A stretch of 40,191 nt of DNA, taken from Planctomycetota bacterium. Its GTDB lineage: Bacteria; Planctomycetota; UBA1135; GCA-002686595. This document shows, one piece after another, positions 34,490 through 40,191 of the stretch (the first letter of the stretch is position 1; the number at the start of each line of letters is the position of its first letter). Under the pieces are notes generated by a model that worked only from the letters and a program-made list of their open reading frames with translations, did not search any database and was not told the DNA's origin. The stretch is taken from the NCBI GenBank assembly GCA_041687755.1, contig JBDNJM010000152.1, positions 1 through 40,191 on the forward strand, read 5' to 3'. The translations under genes and the position numbers were made by a program.

Positions 34490-36470
34490 TCAGGCGCGAA
34501 GTGGACTGAGCAGGCGCAGGATCGCGCCCAGCATTTGGTCGAGCTGGAAGGGCTTGGACAGGAACTCGAGGTCGGGGACGGTCTGCGCTTCCTCGGCCTC
34601 GTCCGGGCTGCCCGAGATCAGAAGCGCGGGCTGGCGGGCGCCGTCGGCGCGCAGCAGGCGCAGGCACTCGAGGCCGGTGCGGTGGGGCAGGTCGCTGTCG
34701 ATGATGAACAGGTCGACGCTGCTGCCGCGTCGCCGGGCGAGCTCGAGCAGGTCGTCGTCGGTGCCGGCCTGGTGGACGATGTACCCGGCGGAGTCGAGCA
34801 CCGAGGCGAGTACGGAGCGCACCTGGGGATCGTCCTCGGCGAGCACGACGCTGCGGCCGGAGGGCGTGTTCTGGGGATCGGCGAAGACGGGGGCGGCGGC
34901 TTTGCCGTCCTGGGGCAGAGGGATCAGGCACTGGTTGCCACCCTCGAGGCCCGGGTGCAGGGTCAGCTCTCCGCCCATTTCGGCAACCAGGCGGCCTGCG
35001 ACCGCGAGTCCGAGGGCCTCGCTGGACTCGCCTTCGGGGCCGAGGCCGAGGGGGGGGGCTTCGAGTGGGCCGTCGGGCGTGCCAGCGCGCGGCGTGCTCG
35101 TGTCGACGACTTCAATCTAGATCGGAGCGGCCAGGTCATCGGTGGGCGAGCCGAGGCCGACCTAAAAGTCCAATTGGCCGCCGCCGGGCATCGACTCGCG
35201 GGCCCCGAGGGCGAGGTTCAGGAGCACCTGCTGGAGTCGGCTGGGGTCGAGGTGGGCGAAGGGGCCCGCGTCGTCGTGGTCGGGCAGGCGGAACTCGATC
35301 GTGCTGGGCAGGATGCGCTGGACCATGCGGCCCAGCTCGGCGACGAGGCGCGGGACGTTGATGCGCTCGGGGCGCGAGACCGCCGGCCGGCTGAATCCGA
35401 GCAGCGCGCGGCTGACGCGGGTGGCCTGGGTGACGGCGTCTTCCACGGCGGCAAGCGAGCTGCCGAGTTCGCTGCCCGGTTCGAAATCGGAGCTCATCAG
35501 CTCGGCGTGGGCGGAGATGACGGTCAGCAGGTTGTTGAAGTCGTGCGCGACGCCGCCGGCGAGCTGGCCGACCGTCTCCACCTTCTGGGCCTGGAGGAGC
35601 TGGGTCTCGAGCTTCAGGCGTTTGTTCTCGCGCCGTCGCATGGACGAGATGTCCTGTGTTGTTCCGAACACGCGGTCGAGCCCGCCGCTCGCGTTGAACT
35701 GGCCGGTGCCGCGCTCCCGCAGCCAGCGCCACTCGTCGTCCTCAGAGGCGCGCCAGCGGTAGGCGAGCGAGTAGCTCCCGTTGCGGCTCAGTTCCTCCCA
35801 GGCCTGGTCGAAGCGCGGGCGATCCTTGGGGTGAATGCGGTCCCGCCAGCCCGAGCCGCCCAGCAGCCACTCGACCGGCCACTAGGGGACGTCGGCCGAG
35901 GCGCCGTTGTTGAACACGATGCACTCGGTGCTGGCGTCGTCGATCCACAGCAGGCTGCGGACGGCGGTCGAGAGCTGGGTCAGGCGCTCACGGGTCTCGC
36001 GCAGCTGCCGGCCGTGGCGCGCAGCTTCTCTTCCTGTTTCTCGAGCCGGCGCTCCAGCTCGAGTACGTGCTCGGCGGCGGCGCTGGCGAGGGCTTGGGGA
36101 TCGAGAGGTCGCGACCGATGCCGTCGAACCCGATCAGCCGGTCTTGGGCGTTGCGCACCGCGGACACGGGCACCTCGACCTAGATCACGCGGCCCTCGGC
36201 GTGCACGACCTCGACGGTGTAGACGCCGGAGTGCTCGCCTGCGGCCACGGACTCGAGGGTCTGGGCGGCCGTGCGGTTCCGGCTGGACTTGGCGAGGCAG
36301 TCTTGGATCTGCGTCAGTCCGTCGGTCGGGCGCCCGAGGAGCTCGGCCGCGGAGGCCGAGAGGTAGCACACGCGTCCCGAGGTCTCGAGCGAGAAGGCAA
36401 CGTACCCGCCGCCGAGCGTGGCCAGGAGGTTCTGGAGGCGGGCGGGGTCGAAGGCTCGGGAGGCCTCCTA
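34490..36470 (-). pseudogene. multi-PAS hybrid sensor histidine kinase (PAS-PAS-HisKA-HATPase-REC) disrupted by five in-frame TAG codons and at least two frameshifts
   Basis: Recognisable domains: PAS1 (..FDPARLQNLLATLGGGYVAFSLE..YTVEVVHAEGRVI*VEVPVSAVRNAQDRLIGFDGIGRDLS), a coiled-coil linker in another frame, PAS2 (..LWIDDAS..VP*WPVEWLLGG..IHPKDR..YRWRASEDDEWRWLRERG..), HisKA H-box (VGQLAGGVAHDFNNLLTVI), HATPase (..GGQLDF*VGLGSPTDDLAAPI*IEVVDT..GGELTLHPGLEGG) and REC (VVLAEDD..FIIDSDLP..KPF). The five TAG codons are at 36468-70, 36180-82, 35882-84, 35162-64 and 35117-19. There is also a C9 run at 35053-61. Confidence 0.6.
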
Positions 36471-36934
36471 CGTGGGGTCGCCGTCGCCGGCTCCGAGCGG
36501 CGGTGAGCGGCGGTGAGCGGCGGTGATCGGGCCGATCAGGCCGCGAGGCTGCGCAGGATCCAAAGAGCGCCAGCGGTGCCCAGCAGCCCGAGGGGTGGCC
36601 CAGCGCTGACACCAAGGGTGATGAGCGGTTCGAGCGGGAGGGGGGCTTGCGGTCATGGAGCAGGGCGCGGGCCGGAGTCGAGGGGCCTAGCAGGCCTGGC
36701 TGCCCATGGGACCCAGGCCTAATTGCCCAGGGAGTGGTGTTTCGTGGGGGGGAGGGCGTCCTGGGGACGGGCTCGGCGGTGCCCGCGGGAACGATGCGGT
36801 GCCGGGCTCGCGGATTCCCGGGCGAAGAACCGAGGTCCTCCGTGCGTAGGATGGCGCCCCGAACGACCCCGTCCTGCCAGGCCAGGAGCGCCAGGGCACG
36901 GCCGGTCACGCCCCAATTTCAGGAGATCCCCGCG

Positions 36935-37498
36935 ATGGAAACTGTCTACTTCGCCTGCGCCGCAATCGGCGGCTCGATCTCCTTGCTCCAGCTCGTGCTG
37001 GGGATGTTCGGCATGGGGGGGGGCGAACTCGATGCCGCGGACGGCGTCGATGCGCTGGATGCCGCAGGCGGGGCCGACGCAGGCCTGCACCTGTTCTCCC
37101 TTCGCGCGCTCTCCGGGTTCCTGCTGATGTTTGGGTTGGTCGGATGGGCCGGCAGCTCGGTGGGCTGGCCGGAGTCGGTCGTTGCCCTGGTGGCGTTCCT
37201 GGCCGGCACGAGCATGCTGGTTCTGATCGCCTGGATCCTCTCGCTCCAGCAGAAGCTCGACTCGACTGGCAATCTCATCCCTACCGACGCGATCGGCAAC
37301 ACGGCTCTCGTCTACCTGCGGATTCCCGGCTCGTCCCAGGGCCAGGGCAAGATCACCGTGAAAATTGGCGGACGCACGGCCGAATACGCGGCCGTCACCC
37401 GCGGTACGGACATCCCTACCGGCGCGGAGGTTCGCGTCGTTCGCATGACCAGCCCCGGGCTCTTCGAAGTCGAGCCCACGCCTGTACCCCAATCCTGA
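36935..37498 (+). CDS. NfeD-like membrane protein (stomatin/flotillin operon partner) with C-terminal OB-fold
   Basis: 187 aa. AGGAGA Shine-Dalgarno 9 nt upstream of ATG 36935. Hydrophobic N-terminal half; C-terminal beta-rich KITVKIGGRTAEYAAVTRGTDIPTGAEVRVVRMTSPGLFEVEP typical of the NfeD short form. Confidence 0.65.
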   Translation: METVYFACAAIGGSISLLQLVLGMFGMGGGELDAADGVDALDAAGGADAGLHLFSLRALSGFLLMFGLVGWAGSSVGWPESVVALVAFLAGTSMLVLIAWILSLQQKLDSTGNLIPTDAIGNTALVYLRIPGSSQGQGKITVKIGGRTAEYAAVTRGTDIPTGAEVRVVRMTSPGLFEVEPTPVPQS

Positions 37499-37514
37499 AG
37501 CATTGCCCCACAAC

Positions 37515-39173
37515 ATGATTACAGCCACGCTCCTCGCGCAATCCGAGGTCCCGCCGGAGGCCATCTGGATGGCGGTCGCGATCGCCGTCGTTTTGGTGGT
37601 CGCCTCGACCTTTTTCGTGCTCGCCCGGCGCTACAAGCGCTGCCCCTCGAACAAGGTCTTGGTGATCTACGGCCGCACGAGCGCAGGCCGCTCGTCCAAG
37701 ACGCTCCACGGTGGTGGAGCCTTCGTCTGGCCGCTGATCCAGGACTACGAGTACCTGTCCCTGGATCCGATGCAGATCGAGATCCCGCTGGACGGGGCAC
37801 TCTCGATCGAGAACATCCGGATCTCGGTGCCCAGCATCTTCACCGTCGCGATCGGCACCGAAGACGCGATCATGAACAACGCCGCCGTGCGCTTGTTGGG
37901 GCTCAAGACGCCCGAGATCATGAAGCAGGCCGAGGACATCATCTTCGGGCAGCTGCGCCAGGTGATCGCCTCCATGGGGATTCAGGACATCAACCGCGAC
38001 CGGGATGCGTTCCTCGGCAGCGTGCAGTCCTCGCTCGAGCCGGAGCTCGCGAAGATCGGCCTCGTGCTGATCAACGTGAACATCAAGGACATCACGGACG
38101 AGTCGGGCTACATCGAGGCGATCGGTCGCAAGGCGGCGGCCGAGGCCATCAACCGCGCGCAGATCGACGTGGCGGATCAGGAGCGCACCGGTGCGATCGG
38201 TGTTGCCGAAGCCGAGCGCGAGCGCGCCGTGCAGGTGGCGTTGGCCGAGAAGGTCCAGCGCATCGGTACGAAGGAAGCCGAGCGCGACCAGCGCATCAAG
38301 GTCGCCGAGCTCGAGAAGGAGCAGGCGGTCGGCGAGCAGGAGGCGCAGTATCAGCAGCAGGCCCAGGTCAAGATGGCTGAGCAACAGATGCGCGTTCAGG
38401 TCGCCGCTGCTGACGCGGAAGCCGTCGAGGGTGAGAACACAGCGAAGGCGCGCGTCGCGCAGACCAACGCCGACCTGATGGTGCAGGAGGCCGAGGCCTA
38501 CCAGCGCTCGGAGATCCGGCACCGCGAGGCGGAGGCTGCGGTTAAGGAGGCCGAGTTCCTGGCTGAGGCGAAGGCGTCCGAAGCCGAAGCGAAGCTGCGC
38601 GAGGCCCAGAAGCGCGCCGAGATCGAAGCGGTCGCGAAGGCCGAGAAGGCCCAGACGATCATCGACGCCGAGGCCGCGGCCCAGAAGCGGATTATCGAGG
38701 CGGAAGCCGAGGCGGCCGCGACGTTCGCGAAGCTCGACGCGGAAGCGCGCGGTAACTTCGAGATCCTGGCGAAGAAGGGTCAGGGTCTGCGCGAGATCGT
38801 GCAGAGCTGTGGCGGGCCCCAGGCGGCCTTCCAGATGCTGATGCTCGAGCACATGGAGCACCTCAGCGAGAACGCTGCGAAGGCGATCAGCAACATCAAG
38901 TTCGACAAGATCGTCGTGTGGGACGGCAACGGCGGGAACGGCAAGGGCGGCAGCGCCACCTCGAACTTCCTGCAGAACCTAGGCGGCTCGATCCCGCCGA
39001 TGCTGCAGATGATGAAGGACATTGGCGGCGTCGAGATGCCCGAGTACTTCGGGCGCCTTGTGGACGAGCAGGCGCGGGCGGACGAGCGTCATGGCGACGA
39101 GGATGGCGACGAGGATGGCGTCGAGGGGAAGCCTGACGGGAAGGCGCCTGTGGCGCCCGAGCCCGCGGGCTGA
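37515..39173 (+). CDS. flotillin-like SPFH/band-7 domain protein
   Basis: 552 aa. N-terminal TM helix (AIWMAVAIAVVLVVASTFFVL), SPFH domain, then a long Ala/Glu-rich coiled coil (..AEAERERAVQVALAEKVQRIG..), as in bacterial FloT/YqiK. ATG at 37515; the track's 37503 start is TTG. 16 nt after the NfeD stop. Confidence 0.8.
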   Translation: MITATLLAQSEVPPEAIWMAVAIAVVLVVASTFFVLARRYKRCPSNKVLVIYGRTSAGRSSKTLHGGGAFVWPLIQDYEYLSLDPMQIEIPLDGALSIENIRISVPSIFTVAIGTEDAIMNNAAVRLLGLKTPEIMKQAEDIIFGQLRQVIASMGIQDINRDRDAFLGSVQSSLEPELAKIGLVLINVNIKDITDESGYIEAIGRKAAAEAINRAQIDVADQERTGAIGVAEAERERAVQVALAEKVQRIGTKEAERDQRIKVAELEKEQAVGEQEAQYQQQAQVKMAEQQMRVQVAAADAEAVEGENTAKARVAQTNADLMVQEAEAYQRSEIRHREAEAAVKEAEFLAEAKASEAEAKLREAQKRAEIEAVAKAEKAQTIIDAEAAAQKRIIEAEAEAAATFAKLDAEARGNFEILAKKGQGLREIVQSCGGPQAAFQMLMLEHMEHLSENAAKAISNIKFDKIVVWDGNGGNGKGGSATSNFLQNLGGSIPPMLQMMKDIGGVEMPEYFGRLVDEQARADERHGDEDGDEDGVEGKPDGKAPVAPEPAG

Positions 39174-39187
39174 TCCGGATTCTCGCC

Positions 39188-40147
39188 ATGCGCCGCCGAA
39201 GCCTCCAAGCAGCGACCCTCGCCCTAGGCCTGACGCTCGGCTTTGGCTGCGCGGCCGGCGGGGTGGGGGAGTCGCCTGCAGCCCACCAGGCGCTCGACGA
39301 GCTGTGGGACTTCGCTGATCCCGCCGGGAGCGCCGGGCGCTTCCGGACGGCGGCCGAGGGGGCCGAGGGCCTCGAACGGCTCGAGGCGCTGACTCAAGCG
39401 GCCCGGGCCGAGGGCCTGCAGCGCCACTTCGCGGAGGCGTTCGGCATCCTGGCCGAGGTCGACGCCGAAGTGGCGGCGGCGGTCAGCGACCGCGCCCTCA
39501 ACCGCGTGGCGGGGCGCGCGCAGCTGGAGCGGGGCCGGCTCCAGCGCGACACCGGCGACGCGCCGGCCGCCTGGGAGAGCTTCACCCTGGCGTTTCACGA
39601 GTTCATCGCAGCGGAGGACGATGCCCTGGCGGTGGACGCTGCGCACATGGCCGGACTCGTCGCCGAGGATGCGACGACCCGGCTCGATTGGACCGCGCGC
39701 GCCCTGCGGATGGCCGAGCACTCGGAGGACCCGGCGGCCCGCGCTTGGCGCGCTTCGCTGCACAACAATCTCGGCTGGGAGCGCTTCGATGGCGGCGAGC
39801 CAGAACTGGCGCTGGTGCACTTCGAGCAAGGCCTCGAGCTGCGCGCCGAAGCCGGAGCAGAGCCCGCCTGGAGAATCGCGCGCTGGGCGGTGGCGCGCTG
39901 CCTGCGCGAGCTTGGGCGAGTCGACGAGGCGCTGTTGATGCAGCGCGCACTGGCTGCGGACCAGGCGGCCGTGGGCGAGGAGGATGGCTACGTGTTCGAA
40001 GAGCTCGGCTGGTGCCTGGATGCCTTCGGCATGCAGGCCGAAGCGGCCGAGCAGTTCGGCGAGGCCCACCGCGTGCTGTCGAACGACGCGTGGCTGGCCG
40101 AGCACGAGCCCGAGCGCTTGGCCGAGCTGGCCCAGCGCGCGCGCTGA
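39188..40147 (+). CDS. lipoprotein, TPR-like helical repeat protein
   Basis: 319 aa. Lipobox LTLGFGC at the N-terminus. Helical, Ala/Leu/Glu-rich. 15 nt after the flotillin stop, so probably co-transcribed. Confidence 0.5.
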   Translation: MRRRSLQAATLALGLTLGFGCAAGGVGESPAAHQALDELWDFADPAGSAGRFRTAAEGAEGLERLEALTQAARAEGLQRHFAEAFGILAEVDAEVAAAVSDRALNRVAGRAQLERGRLQRDTGDAPAAWESFTLAFHEFIAAEDDALAVDAAHMAGLVAEDATTRLDWTARALRMAEHSEDPAARAWRASLHNNLGWERFDGGEPELALVHFEQGLELRAEAGAEPAWRIARWAVARCLRELGRVDEALLMQRALAADQAAVGEEDGYVFEELGWCLDAFGMQAEAAEQFGEAHRVLSNDAWLAEHEPERLAELAQRAR

Positions 40148-40157
40148 TCGTCTGGGC

Positions 40158-40191
40158 GGGGGGAAGGATACGGTGCCAGGCACGTTTTCAC
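40158..40191. repeat. REPIN-like palindromic element, copy 3 (left arm only, truncated by the window end)
   Basis: GGGGGGAAGGATACGGTGCCAGGCACGTTTTCAC matches the conserved outer arm of copies 1 and 2. It begins 11 nt after the TGA of the lipoprotein gene. Confidence 0.6.

Noticed and set aside
34490-36470. Idea that the in-frame TAGs reflect amber-codon reassignment or suppression (e.g. Pyl or Gln recoding)
   Set aside because: TAG is used as a genuine stop by rpsT and the pteridine-reductase-like SDR in the same window. No other gene here has an internal TAG. The same locus also carries frameshifts, so a pseudogene is the parsimonious reading. TAG is also the expected commonest nonsense outcome of C-to-T and G-to-A transitions in CAG- and TGG-rich high-GC genes.
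34535-38861. 663-aa plus-strand ORF 34535..36526 and 481-aa minus-strand ORF 37416..38861
   Set aside because: Antisense to the kinase pseudogene and to flotillin respectively. Flotillin and the kinase domains are unambiguous, while these translations are low-complexity.

Overview
The window is about 70% GC bacterial chromosome and looks like an uncultivated, Myxococcota- or Gemmatimonadota-like genome. Housekeeping genes (queD/PTPS, a pteridine-reductase-like SDR, yyaL-like thioredoxin-domain protein, ribF, def, rpsT, tRNA-Phe, an NfeD-flotillin operon) alternate with accessory genes for secreted and surface proteins. These include an LVIVD-type beta-propeller, an FG-GAP protein, a CarbopepD_reg-repeat protein, a lamin-tail-domain protein, a porin, and an Ig-like plus lactonase-propeller lipoprotein. 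The main unexplained signals are: (1) three copies, one truncated at the window end, of a roughly 115-bp perfectly palindromic element. It has a conserved 36-bp outer arm (GGGGGGAA[G/C]GATACGGTGCCAGGCACGTTTTC[T/A]CCGG), a variable but perfectly compensatory inner stem and a semi-conserved loop, i.e. a REPIN-like or hairpin mobile element. (2) A decayed two-component locus: a multi-PAS hybrid histidine kinase with five in-frame TAG codons, at least two frameshifts and a C9 tract, next to a frameshifted NarL-type regulator, while all neighbouring genes are intact. (3) A G11 homopolymer that frameshifts a 2.5-kb secreted beta-propeller gene, either a phase-variation switch or a homopolymer error. 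(4) Two lower-GC islands carrying tandem paralogous families of cysteine-containing secreted proteins, which I could not assign to any known family. (5) A pentapeptide-repeat::2TM K+ channel fusion (GYGD filter) in an operon with an HDOD protein. (6) A 12-bp x5 tandem repeat fused to the 3' end of tRNA-Phe. (7) A 675-bp gene-free gap between convergent genes carrying a UUCG-tetraloop hairpin with a G-U wobble. Many long antisense ORFs in the six-frame track are high-GC artefacts.
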